Shown piece after piece: positions 38,301 through 47,117 of a stretch of 64,000 nt of DNA. The DNA lies in IMG/VR virus record IMGVR_UViG_3300042010_000106, positions 248,326 to 312,325 of that record, one strand, 5' to 3'. Numbering within the stretch: the stretch's first letter is position 1; each line of letters begins with the position of its first letter. A program made the position numbers and the translations under genes. Under the pieces are notes generated by a model. The model had not been told where the DNA came from and searched no databases. It saw only the letters and a list, made by a program, of their open reading frames with translations.

Positions 38301-41300
38301 ACACAATCTTTATCGCTTCGATGACTTTCATTCAAGGCCGTAACGTAAAACTTACCATTGGTAACGCGCAAATCGACGTTCCGATGAACCTTGAATTCGT
38401 GCGCCGCTTGGGTTGCAGCTATGTTGCAATCGACGAATCGCACAACCTGAAAAACTTCACGTCTTCCCGTCACAAAGCTGTGAAAGCTCTGACCACTGCA
38501 ACCACCGTGAAATGGATTCGTCTGTTGACCGGTACAATCATGCCCGACCGCGCACGCGATATCGAAGGCCAGATTGCATTGCATAGCCCGGCTGTTTTCC
38601 GCAGTGGCGAAATCGCGATGATTAAATCCGATGCGGACGTGGGCGAAGAAGACGTAATTATCGACGGCAAAGCTGTTGCTACTTACACACCGCTCAACGC
38701 AAAACGCGCTGTAGATAAGCTGAGTCATTACGCTGCATTCATTGTGAAAAAGCGTAAGGAATGGGCGTTCATGTTGCCCGCTCCAATCGAACGTTTCCTC
38801 GCTATCGGCATGGTCGATACCGACGAAGGAAGCATGACCAGCGAACTTGAACGTGAACAGCAAAAACTTCACGCACAACTCTATGAGACTGTGTTGAAGA
38901 AAACGCTGGAAGACGTGAAGAAACTGCAAGCGCAGAAAAACAAAGTCAGCGCAGGCGAAGACGAAGAGGAAGACAACGGCGGTGGCGAAAGCAACCCGGA
39001 TAACGACGTTGACTTTGCTGGTGAAAAGATTGACCAACTGACGTGGGAAACAAGTATTGCACGTCTGGAACGTTTGATCATTGCACCGCAATTCGACGAA
39101 GATTTCCAAAGCGTTTTCGGTGATGCTGGCGCGAATTTCAAATCGCGAAAAGCCAAGTACATTGCCAACCTCGTAGACGACCACTTCCATCCGGCAGCAT
39201 GGCGCCGGGGCCAGTCTTACAAAGAATACAATTTGGTTGCCCATGGCGATAAACTTTATGTTGCTCGCAAATGGAACGCTCAAGTTGCAGACCACGTTGC
39301 ACTTCCACCAGAAGTTCAGAACATTGCACCACCGGATGCGCCTGAATACTGGAAAGAAGAACCACGCGGCAAGTGCATTGTTATTACACGGTACAACTAC
39401 AGCGCCCGCGCAGTTTATGAAGCGCTGCCTGCTGAGTACCAACGTCAAGCGGTGATTTTCACCGGTGACGAACCGAATAAGCACGAAGGGTTTAACCGTT
39501 TCAAAACGGATAACAAAATCCAGATCCTTATCGCGAACGAACAAGGTATGTCCGAAGGTCACAACCTGCAACTTGCAAGCCGGATTATCCGTGCTGAAAG
39601 TCCGTGGGGGCCGGGTGCACTGAGCCAGACTAACGCCCGTATTTTCCGTCCTGATCCGAAAGGTGCAATGGCGGCTGCGAACGGTAGCGGCGAAATGACG
39701 CGTGACGTTGTTTTCCTTGATTGGGTATTGGCAAACAACACGATGGAAGTTCCTAAACTTGCGCGTGTTATTTCGAAGACGTTCGGTATCGTACGTTTCA
39801 CCGAAGCCGACAACCCACGTTACAAAGGCGTGCTGTCGCAATACATCGTTCCAACCGAAAAGGAAAACCCTGAGCTTTCCCTCGGCGTGGAAATGTTGGC
39901 AAACATTAAAGGTCTGCAAGACTCGCCATTTAAAGAAATGGTTGGTTCTGATACCGAAGTCGGCGCTTATCAAGCGTTGAACAAAGTTGAAAACCAAGAA
40001 TTCCGGGAAATGCGCCAGACCCAACGTGCTGTGATGCTTCCAATCCAAGCCGATGCAAACGTGCCCGGTGCAGAACGTATGGAAGTGTTGCCTTTCGTGC
40101 CGAACCAACCAATTCCAGATCCGAAAGGTTGGGAGCCGGTTGTAGTTGCACACGTATTGCGTGATGAAAAGATCGCAAGTAATTACGACGAAGAATTGTT
40201 CGGTAAACCCGTGATGACAGAATTCGGCCTCGGTCGGATTGTTAACTTCACCACGAAAAAGGGTAGCGGCGGCAAAGTGCTTTCGAGCATCAAAGTCCGT
40301 ATCAAAAACCCACCGGCTGACTTCGACGAATGGCAGACCATCGACGCGACACTGGTTCACCTTGTAACTGGTGAAATCAAACGCGAAGATTTGCCGTTGT
40401 TTGACGTGCCACTTGATCGTACTCCTACGGATGCGAAAAGGTCTGACCGCCAAGCAGAACGTGAGCAGAAACAGCGCGAAGCACAGGAAGCCGAAGAAGA
40501 GAAAGAACGTCAAATTCGTGAACGTCAAGCAGCGAAGACAATCCGCATCGTTAAGAAACAAGATGCCGATGGTCAGAAACGCCGTGAGAACGAAGCGAAA
40601 GGCCGTCCACTCAACGAAGGCGTCTACACAATTGATCAAGGTACACCGCTGCCTACAGCAATCACCAAAGCCGTCATTCCTGAAGGTGGTGATCCAACTG
40701 TCGGCGTAATCGTTGAAGGGGATAACACAGTAAATGTTTATCCTGCTTACTACCACGGCTTTGCAACACTGGAAGCTGAGTTCGACGAAACCGCAGTGAA
40801 CCTGAAAAAACTTGGTTTCAAACACACGCCGCCGTACGCGTTCGTGGTTGTTTCCAACAAGAAGAAATTCCACGCCATCTACGAATACTTGCACAATAAC
40901 TTCGATCTTCGCGACAAAACTGTTTCGATGATTGAGGAAATCAACAACGCATTCGAACCGGGCCGGAAAAACGTACACAACCTGTGGTACAAACTTGAAC
41001 TGGCGCCGGTAACGTCGCTGCCGGGTTTCTTCAACACGTCGAAACGTATTGTTGAAAACCGTCGTGAAGTCCGGGTGTTCCCGGTGTTCATGGAAGATCA
41101 AGTCATGCTCTGCATTGACCTGCGTACAAACCCTGCAATTTTGAAACATATCGGCAAAGCAATTCCGGGTGCTGGTACGAAATGGCAGAAGTCCGATGGT
41201 CATTGGTTCTACTTCGGCAAAGGCAAAACTGATTTGCGTGACATGATCGCGAAAATCAAACGCAACGGCTACGATGTTGTGAACGCCAAAGAAGCGCTGA

Positions 41301-41341
41301 AAGAGCTGACCGAACTTCGGTTCAAATTCCGCAAAGACTGA
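35327..41341 (+). CDS. Giant SNF2/SWI2-like SF2 helicase (2004 aa)
   Basis: FPHQ, LDPGGGKT, VICP...QW, IDESH, LLTGT, SEGHNLQ.A, QTNARIFR. Confidence 0.85.
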   Translation: MSELWAKNRIADSMARYRESEFMATAADDTTTETNFVRSMRPVALDMDRDKEFEGFFFPKGEATPDGYTAREFLLPVLESLSDVTSNINLFYAFMRQCMNNANHISGMSQEDAQTYIDMYFHDTFRMKRAESSTKTIVQNFLIAIRASSSSFHNIYRSARYADGVDIVMNGTGDDVRGRDVPPVFFGSMDADLHGPSFLNNGGRHEWAVDRERRGKWQSTFGLNLVAAAKDISVFLFGTSAISDRTLHKSLSLSTEFTKIEEIFTRHTGFKLPKEMITDLNITNHLAEQFLQVEMLKVPSGMAKNVAARVRAGNIRKPSDFTGEVGRSSMHEANTLVEHRMNSDDEFISPEAEALNVCLRSTIRFTLEKDIANYVSQSEEHERPSLSRINAWFSLYIGQVLRARATAKRKGQPKSRNASTISMNDIPRYAMGATTLKKLSDIRASNGFVVEKTKGNSEDMYVTPSGTLSVRPSVDAFKASTQAEDYEKLSDEILEILNRYDIPMAAFQSNPRADAWPHINAVDIEKLWELLQELKSYDGALIGYDWDYGVQIYASSTPGILTTSLENGAVTPDALTIADQLGYNMAKEGQQPMKRSFASTMYTLTYAHPVGQVKRESERMYGADADAGAAAFAKSNIVKEIVNLYLKLAYNDNKAPKMDVLAKNAMRALGLEKLPTEKGHDYSSLYLRYFTPEGDMKRETTTSIRALPVELLADAMTQASGGPGSQLWHDTYEQMATGDKLPKSYEVAEELENHPNFFNTSTSTTAEFTKLYSYFGGQFFKQILDAINSIPASDYLNERKSKVSVEVGANPYRDDGIPLVLELTTPSNTTIMKDILPYTLMLGKYAVNHETIFAEADEQVESLQPDTGFTADDLKIPGMVADDRAIFPHQESVQASLRKPVPPAFAILALDPGGGKTGQGVIDMTCMVRDMSSVGNVVRPLVICPNGLITQWCEDIKYFLGANWNAFPLSADVMKRWGQDKLLAYAAKAPANTIFIASMTFIQGRNVKLTIGNAQIDVPMNLEFVRRLGCSYVAIDESHNLKNFTSSRHKAVKALTTATTVKWIRLLTGTIMPDRARDIEGQIALHSPAVFRSGEIAMIKSDADVGEEDVIIDGKAVATYTPLNAKRAVDKLSHYAAFIVKKRKEWAFMLPAPIERFLAIGMVDTDEGSMTSELEREQQKLHAQLYETVLKKTLEDVKKLQAQKNKVSAGEDEEEDNGGGESNPDNDVDFAGEKIDQLTWETSIARLERLIIAPQFDEDFQSVFGDAGANFKSRKAKYIANLVDDHFHPAAWRRGQSYKEYNLVAHGDKLYVARKWNAQVADHVALPPEVQNIAPPDAPEYWKEEPRGKCIVITRYNYSARAVYEALPAEYQRQAVIFTGDEPNKHEGFNRFKTDNKIQILIANEQGMSEGHNLQLASRIIRAESPWGPGALSQTNARIFRPDPKGAMAAANGSGEMTRDVVFLDWVLANNTMEVPKLARVISKTFGIVRFTEADNPRYKGVLSQYIVPTEKENPELSLGVEMLANIKGLQDSPFKEMVGSDTEVGAYQALNKVENQEFREMRQTQRAVMLPIQADANVPGAERMEVLPFVPNQPIPDPKGWEPVVVAHVLRDEKIASNYDEELFGKPVMTEFGLGRIVNFTTKKGSGGKVLSSIKVRIKNPPADFDEWQTIDATLVHLVTGEIKREDLPLFDVPLDRTPTDAKRSDRQAEREQKQREAQEAEEEKERQIRERQAAKTIRIVKKQDADGQKRRENEAKGRPLNEGVYTIDQGTPLPTAITKAVIPEGGDPTVGVIVEGDNTVNVYPAYYHGFATLEAEFDETAVNLKKLGFKHTPPYAFVVVSNKKKFHAIYEYLHNNFDLRDKTVSMIEEINNAFEPGRKNVHNLWYKLELAPVTSLPGFFNTSKRIVENRREVRVFPVFMEDQVMLCIDLRTNPAILKHIGKAIPGAGTKWQKSDGHWFYFGKGKTDLRDMIAKIKRNGYDVVNAKEALKELTELRFKFRKD

Positions 41342-41383
41342 TAACGGACGGGCCAAGGACGGCCCAACCATTGGAGAGAAATA

Positions 41384-41845
41384 ATGCAATATTCTGATAT
41401 GGAACTACGCGCACAACAATTGGTGTTGGCATTCCTCGGTTTCTATAACGGGATGATCGACGGCATTTGGAGCGGCGCAACAATCAAAGCAATGCAGGCG
41501 TTTGAATGCGACGATAAATTCCTGCCTGCCGTTCCAACCACGGGCTATCCGTTCGCGGCTCGCTCGCGTCTGCCGAAGGGAATGTATTGGGATAAGAATC
41601 TCGTTGCACACGTGAAACTGACTCCTGAAATTGCTGCTGAGCTTTTGCAGAAACGTTCCCCGCGTGCTGCTGCCCCTGTCGTGGAAACGCCAGTTGAAAA
41701 GGTTGTTGAAACTGAAGTGCCTGTAGTCGAAGAACAGAAAGAACCTGTCGTGGAAACGCCGGTTGTTGAGGTTCCGAAAGTGCAGACGCAACAGCCACAA
41801 CAAAACCACCAGCACCGCGACCGCAATGATCGCCAGCGCCGTTAA
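41384..41845 (+). CDS. Peptidoglycan-binding-domain protein with low-complexity tail
   Basis: Q..L..LGFY.G.IDGIW..AT..AM.AF (PG_binding_1 pattern); PVVE repeats. Confidence 0.7.
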   Translation: MQYSDMELRAQQLVLAFLGFYNGMIDGIWSGATIKAMQAFECDDKFLPAVPTTGYPFAARSRLPKGMYWDKNLVAHVKLTPEIAAELLQKRSPRAAAPVVETPVEKVVETEVPVVEEQKEPVVETPVVEVPKVQTQQPQQNHQHRDRNDRQRR

Positions 41846-41859
41846 GACCGGGGGCGATT

Positions 41860-42339
41860 ATGCACAAGACAGAAGTTGCGCTGCATTACGCCTACCTGAA
41901 TATTTATAACCACGAATATCGGATTCTGACCACGAACTTTGAAAAGCTTGTGGCCGGTCACGAAACATCTGACTTTCTTGGTTATTTCGGTTTGGGTTCC
42001 GGCGAGTTCTGGACAACGAAAATCGAAGGACTGCCACACAACATTACGTCCGTCGAAATTCCAGACACAGAACTGAGTCTGTTAATGTGGAAGGATCATC
42101 CGCGTTTCATGGGATTCATTGACGCCCGACCGCAACACAAACCAATGGTGATTTTGAGCGGCGGTGACACGTCGATTTATTCATTGCCAATCAATTGGGA
42201 AGTGTACACACAGTTGGGTACGAAGCAGTTGGCTATGCAACACCTCGGCGCTTTCGGGCGCGCTTGGATTGCGTACGAATCACCTGAAGAAAACTTCAAA
42301 CGCGTACAAGACATCATGCGTCTTTCACAAATGTTCTAA
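41860..42339 (+). CDS. Hypothetical protein
   Basis: 159 aa. Confidence 0.7.
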   Translation: MHKTEVALHYAYLNIYNHEYRILTTNFEKLVAGHETSDFLGYFGLGSGEFWTTKIEGLPHNITSVEIPDTELSLLMWKDHPRFMGFIDARPQHKPMVILSGGDTSIYSLPINWEVYTQLGTKQLAMQHLGAFGRAWIAYESPEENFKRVQDIMRLSQMF

Positions 42340-42344
42340 CCAAA

Positions 42345-42399
42345 GCCCTCGTTTCCTCAATGGATTCGGGGGCTTTGTCGTTGGTGGCAAAACTGTAAA
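42345..42399 (+). promoter_or_regulatory. Terminator followed by ACTGTAAA promoter motif upstream of DNA polymerase
   Basis: GCCCTCG...CGGGGGCTTT, then ACTGTAAA at 42392. Confidence 0.7.
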
Positions 42400-42428
42400 T
42401 AACCTGTGTATGAGTCTCACCTTCGCGC

Positions 42429-45400
42429 ATGGATTATTTCATGAAATTTGAATACACAGAGTTTCGACACAAGTACGGAAAGGCCCTAAAAAGCTTTGAC
42501 GTTACAGGGTTCGATTACGTCGAACTCCCCAAGCACATTAACAAGAAAGCGCGTGGGAAAATCCTATTCGTTTTGGACTACATGCCGGGTGAAGCGCTCA
42601 AGCGTGGCAAGATGTTCGACGGGGCAACCGGCGACCTTCTACAAAACCTGATGTGGTGTGCTGAAGAGTACAACAAAGCACCAAACAAGCTCGACGATTA
42701 TGACTGGTTGGCAATCAGTTATCACAGTGTGAAAACGCTGGGCGGCTCTTCGTCATTCTTGGAAGCAGCACACGGCGAATTTAAAAAGCGCCTTGAGTAT
42801 GTAATTGAGAAATACAAACCCAATACCGTCGTGACGTTCGGCCCCGACCCAACCAAAGCACTGAACGACGAATTTATCTCGCAGCACAAAGGTAAAAAGG
42901 GTGTGCAGTATCAGCACTTCTACGGGGTGCCGATTCCTACAGAAATCAAAGGTCATAAATTCAAACACGTTCCGACCTTGAGTCTGCGCACACTGCAAAA
43001 AGACGACGGCACCATGGCAGCAGCCGGGTACGTTGCGCGCAACCTGACAACCGCACTCAACGATGGCAAGTTGATGTATCGCGTTCCCAAACTGGATTAC
43101 AAAATCAAGGTTGTGGACACGATTGAAAAGTTCGACAAAATGTACAAGAAATTGTGCAAAGCGAAAGTCGTTGCAATCGACACGGAAACCCGGAACCTCA
43201 AGCGCCGTAAGAACTACACGGTAACTTGGCAGTTCGCGATTGATAAAGACTGCGCGTACATCCTGCCATTCCTGCATAAAGATTCACCGTTTATGCCGGA
43301 GGAAATCACGTACATCAAGAACAAGCTGCGTGACTACTTCGAATGGGAAAACGAAAACGAATTAAACATCTATGCAAACGCGGCGTTCGACTTGATCGGT
43401 GCCCGTCGTGATGCTGGCGTGCGTTATTTCAAAGCGCCGCTGTGGTGTGTAATCGCTGGTGAATTCGCACGTGATGAAAACCACAAAGCGATTCAGGCAG
43501 TCACCGGCCAGAACTATTATTCGTTGCTCAATATCTGTATGCAGTATGGATGTCGGGCGTATTACGAATCGGACTTCGGTAAAGAAAACCGGGCGTTCAT
43601 TGCAGACGAAGATTTGGCTGGCCCCGTGCTGACGTACATGGCGCTTGACGTAATCACACTTCTGCACATTCAGGAACAGCAAGCCAAGTATGGCCGCGTA
43701 ATCGGGTATGAGAAATACTACTCGATGGTTTCTGAGCAAATGAGTGACCAGATTCACACGCTGTCCAACCTTGAATACAACGGCTCGTACCTCGACATCG
43801 ACTGGCTGTTCAAACTCAAATCGAAAGATTCACAAATCGTTAAGGAGAAAAACAAGGTCACGAAAGCCTTGTATGATTCTGACGGTGTGCGCAAAGCAAA
43901 CAAATTGCTGGCGAAGAAATCCGGTGCGCCGGGTATGGGAATGTTCGGGCGTGTGAAGCACGACATTTTCAGCATCCGTAAAGCAGAACACAAAGAGCTT
44001 TTGTTCTTTGATGTTCTCGGACTCAAACCCCTGTTCCTGAACAAAAAGGGCAAGGGCAAGATCGACAAAGATTTCCAGAAGAAGTACGAAGACGTTGCAG
44101 AGATTAAGCTGTTCACAGAGCTGACGAAAATTGACAAGCTGTACAACGCTTATGTGAAAAGCTTCGTTCTGAAATGGGGTAACGACGACGATTTCCGTTC
44201 TGATAAACACATGCGTCCGCGATTCGGTTATCTCGACGTAGTGACAGGCCGGACATCTGCAAAAGATCCAACACTTCAAACAATTCCGCAACGTTCGGCA
44301 ATGGGCAAGATGATCAAACGTCTGTTCATTACGCACGAAGGCCGAATCATTGTTAAGGTGGACTATAGCGCACACGAAGTTCGTGGTTGGTCGCTAATCT
44401 CCGAAGACATGGAAGTGGCTGACGTATTCCGCGAAGGTCTGGTACTGCGTCAAAAGTTCAAGAAAAAACCAACGGTCGAATTGGCTGAACAACTTGAGCT
44501 GAAAGGTGACGTACACAAAATCAACGCCGCTTACTTCTTCCGTAAAGACGTTTCCGAAGTTGACAAGGCGATGCGTCAATCCGTTAAGCAGGTAATTTTC
44601 GGATTGATTTACCAACAGGGCGAGAAAGGTACTGCCAAGTCGATTAACGCGACTGTGGAAATGGTACAGAATCTGACCAAGGAATTCTTTAAACGTTTCC
44701 CGGTCGGTGCGAAGTGGTTTGATAAGGCGAAACAACACGCACGTGAATTCCTGTTTGTTGAATCGCCGTTGGGCCGTCGCCGTAACCTGTGGGGTTTGAT
44801 GACGCCGAAGTCTCACGATGAAAGCGGCAACATCCTTGCACGTAACGAGCGCCAAGCTGTAAACAGTCCAGTACAGGGCATGGGTTCCGACTTTATGATG
44901 ACTGGTGCACGGCAGATTGAACGCCTGCGCTTTGAGCATTATCAGGCGACCGGGCACTATCCTGATTTCATTCAAAACAACAGCGTGCATGACTCCCTTG
45001 AATTCTCCTGTGCTTATGAGGATTTGTGGCTGGCAATCAAAATGATCGAACAAGGTTTGACGACTGAAGTTGAGCGAATTTCCATGGAACGTCATGGATT
45101 CAAATTCGGTATCAGTCTCGAAATCGACTTCGACTTTGGCGGCAACCTGCGCGACGTAGAAGGTTGGAACATGTCGTTGACCGGGAAATTCCCGATCAAA
45201 GAAAAATCCAGTCTGGATGGAATTCTGGTCGAAACTTTGAAGTGGCAGAAAGAAGAACTCGGCTACGACATCGACATCAAACGCGATATGAAACGCCTGC
45301 ATAGCAAGTTCGCTGAAGGCCCTGAGTGGGCGCACAAGCAATATGCGTTCTGGCAGAAGCAAGGCATTGACGCACTCGGCGGTTACGGCCCGAAAATGAA

Positions 45401-45527
45401 AGCGAAAGGCGCGAAGAAAATCGAAGGTGTTGCAACTATCGAGACTTCCAAAGTCAAGAAGATTGCGAAGAAAACCCTCGACGTTATTCAGTCCAAAGCG
45501 AAACGACTCACGAAGGAAAAACGATGA
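42429..45527 (+). CDS. polA: Family A DNA polymerase with N-terminal UDG-like domain and 3'-5' exonuclease
   Basis: Exo I AIDTET, NAAFD, YMALD; TGRTS..DP.LQ; motif A DYSAHEVR; motif B R...K...FGLIY; motif C VHDS. Confidence 0.92.
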   Translation: MDYFMKFEYTEFRHKYGKALKSFDVTGFDYVELPKHINKKARGKILFVLDYMPGEALKRGKMFDGATGDLLQNLMWCAEEYNKAPNKLDDYDWLAISYHSVKTLGGSSSFLEAAHGEFKKRLEYVIEKYKPNTVVTFGPDPTKALNDEFISQHKGKKGVQYQHFYGVPIPTEIKGHKFKHVPTLSLRTLQKDDGTMAAAGYVARNLTTALNDGKLMYRVPKLDYKIKVVDTIEKFDKMYKKLCKAKVVAIDTETRNLKRRKNYTVTWQFAIDKDCAYILPFLHKDSPFMPEEITYIKNKLRDYFEWENENELNIYANAAFDLIGARRDAGVRYFKAPLWCVIAGEFARDENHKAIQAVTGQNYYSLLNICMQYGCRAYYESDFGKENRAFIADEDLAGPVLTYMALDVITLLHIQEQQAKYGRVIGYEKYYSMVSEQMSDQIHTLSNLEYNGSYLDIDWLFKLKSKDSQIVKEKNKVTKALYDSDGVRKANKLLAKKSGAPGMGMFGRVKHDIFSIRKAEHKELLFFDVLGLKPLFLNKKGKGKIDKDFQKKYEDVAEIKLFTELTKIDKLYNAYVKSFVLKWGNDDDFRSDKHMRPRFGYLDVVTGRTSAKDPTLQTIPQRSAMGKMIKRLFITHEGRIIVKVDYSAHEVRGWSLISEDMEVADVFREGLVLRQKFKKKPTVELAEQLELKGDVHKINAAYFFRKDVSEVDKAMRQSVKQVIFGLIYQQGEKGTAKSINATVEMVQNLTKEFFKRFPVGAKWFDKAKQHAREFLFVESPLGRRRNLWGLMTPKSHDESGNILARNERQAVNSPVQGMGSDFMMTGARQIERLRFEHYQATGHYPDFIQNNSVHDSLEFSCAYEDLWLAIKMIEQGLTTEVERISMERHGFKFGISLEIDFDFGGNLRDVEGWNMSLTGKFPIKEKSSLDGILVETLKWQKEELGYDIDIKRDMKRLHSKFAEGPEWAHKQYAFWQKQGIDALGGYGPKMKAKGAKKIEGVATIETSKVKKIAKKTLDVIQSKAKRLTKEKR

Positions 45528-46684
45528 AAATCATTGCAGGTGGAGAGGTTGAATTTGAGGCAATTGGTAAGGACATTGCCGCAGCCTTCGCGAAAATTAC
45601 AGCGGTCACAACCTATGTGAAAGCGGACGATACAAAGTTCGTAATTGCAGCGGTTAGTTCTGAGGAAGGCAAGGAAAATGCCGGGATCTTTCTGATTGGT
45701 TTTTCCACTGACGCCATGGCTTCCATGCGCATTAGTGGTAAGGCCAAGAAGAGCGGCACAATTCGTGTTGACGCTGTAACGCTTGCCGGTCTGCTGAAAG
45801 CCCGTGGCGAATGTGAATTCAAATCGGGTACAGGCAAAATCATTTTCCGTGAAAAGAAAAGCGAGTTCAAAGCTAGCTTGGATATCATGGAATTCGACGA
45901 CGAAGATATTCGGATGCTGTCTCTGCAATTCGGTGAAATTCAAGGCGTGCCGATTGCCAAAGACGTGATGGATAAGCTTCTGGATTCGGTGCGGAAAGTT
46001 GCGTTGCTTGATGTCTACCATGGGCACATTCTGCCAGTGATTTTCGACATCGGTGAAAAGTGGCTGAAGGTCTACTGCTTCGACGATTTCCACGTGGCGT
46101 TGTTCAAGCAAAAGATCAAAAACAAAGTGCCAATGCGCATGGCGTTGCCTACGAAAGTGTTTTCGATGGTCGAGAAATTCATCGAAGACGACGACGTAAA
46201 GTTCAGCACGGGCCTCGGTCGTTTCGTTGCGTCCAGTAAAGATTTCATTGTGTCGATTCCTGAAACGCAATTGCGTGACGGCGATTACACGATGGCATTG
46301 CACTACATCAAAACGCTGCAAGAACTTGACCCGCGTGCCTCGATTACATTTGACACGAAGGCGACAGCGACAGTTGCAAACATGGCGGTGTTGACTGACC
46401 AAGATACAAAAATGGCGATCACCATCGACAAGGAAAAAACGACTCTTTCCGTGAAAGGTAAGGGTGGCGTAGTTTCCGATAGCTTCAAAGCAAAAGCCAC
46501 GGGCAAACCGTTGGACATGCGTGTAGACCCGCGAATTTTCATGGATCTTTTCAACAAGGTGAAAGCCGATGAAGTTACCATGGTGATGTACAAAATTCCG
46601 GCTGCAATGTCTACGTTTATGCTCACCAATAAACTAGATAACGGGACGTTAACGCTGGTCGGCACCTATGATGAAGCGAAGTGA
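45524..46684 (+). CDS. Divergent DNA polymerase III beta-type sliding clamp
   Basis: 386 aa, coupled to polA; three-domain beta/alpha periodicity; DnaX-like loader in the same window. Confidence 0.6.
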   Translation: MKIIAGGEVEFEAIGKDIAAAFAKITAVTTYVKADDTKFVIAAVSSEEGKENAGIFLIGFSTDAMASMRISGKAKKSGTIRVDAVTLAGLLKARGECEFKSGTGKIIFREKKSEFKASLDIMEFDDEDIRMLSLQFGEIQGVPIAKDVMDKLLDSVRKVALLDVYHGHILPVIFDIGEKWLKVYCFDDFHVALFKQKIKNKVPMRMALPTKVFSMVEKFIEDDDVKFSTGLGRFVASSKDFIVSIPETQLRDGDYTMALHYIKTLQELDPRASITFDTKATATVANMAVLTDQDTKMAITIDKEKTTLSVKGKGGVVSDSFKAKATGKPLDMRVDPRIFMDLFNKVKADEVTMVMYKIPAAMSTFMLTNKLDNGTLTLVGTYDEAK

Positions 46685-47117
46685 CAACGTAAGTCCGATT
46701 TTTTCACTGGCTGACACAATCTCACACACCACCAAAAATACAGAAACGTTCGAAGACTTTGGCAGCGCGCACGACGGCCACCATATCGGCCTGTTCTTTC
46801 GTAAGCTGGCTGATACGCCAATGAGCATTGACTATCAGAATCCTTTTGTCTTGAATCGTTTCTGTAAGATGTACAATTTTGTCAACGGCAGAGGGTCGGT
46901 TTACGGCCATCTGTTTGTTGTCAGCGATCCGTCGAAAGTTTCGCTAACAGACCATCGACTGATCATTACATGCAACAAAAAAGAAATGTTGGATTATGCG
47001 AAAGTTCCGCTGACATCCGACCGACTGAAACTTCTGATTCTAAAGACAAGCACGGGCAGCATTCTCGCAATCAGCGGGCACGCCGCCAGTAAATATCTTG
47101 TCACGGAGCCTACATGA
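46668..47117 (+). CDS. Hypothetical protein
   Basis: 149 aa, in operon. Confidence 0.65.
   Translation: MMKRSDNVSPIFSLADTISHTTKNTETFEDFGSAHDGHHIGLFFRKLADTPMSIDYQNPFVLNRFCKMYNFVNGRGSVYGHLFVVSDPSKVSLTDHRLIITCNKKEMLDYAKVPLTSDRLKLLILKTSTGSILAISGHAASKYLVTEPT

Noticed and set aside
35306-41389. 2027-aa antisense ORF (and similar long antisense ORFs over sheath, Ig, H1-like and protease genes) as real genes
   Set aside because: They are exactly in register with sense genes that carry clear motifs and RBSs, and their translations are motif-free. Codon avoidance on the sense strand explains them.
42145-42170. MVILSGG in ORF 41860-42339 as a fifth DVxxDVSGG tag
   Set aside because: Lacks the invariant DV and the D/N position; a partial match is plausible by chance.
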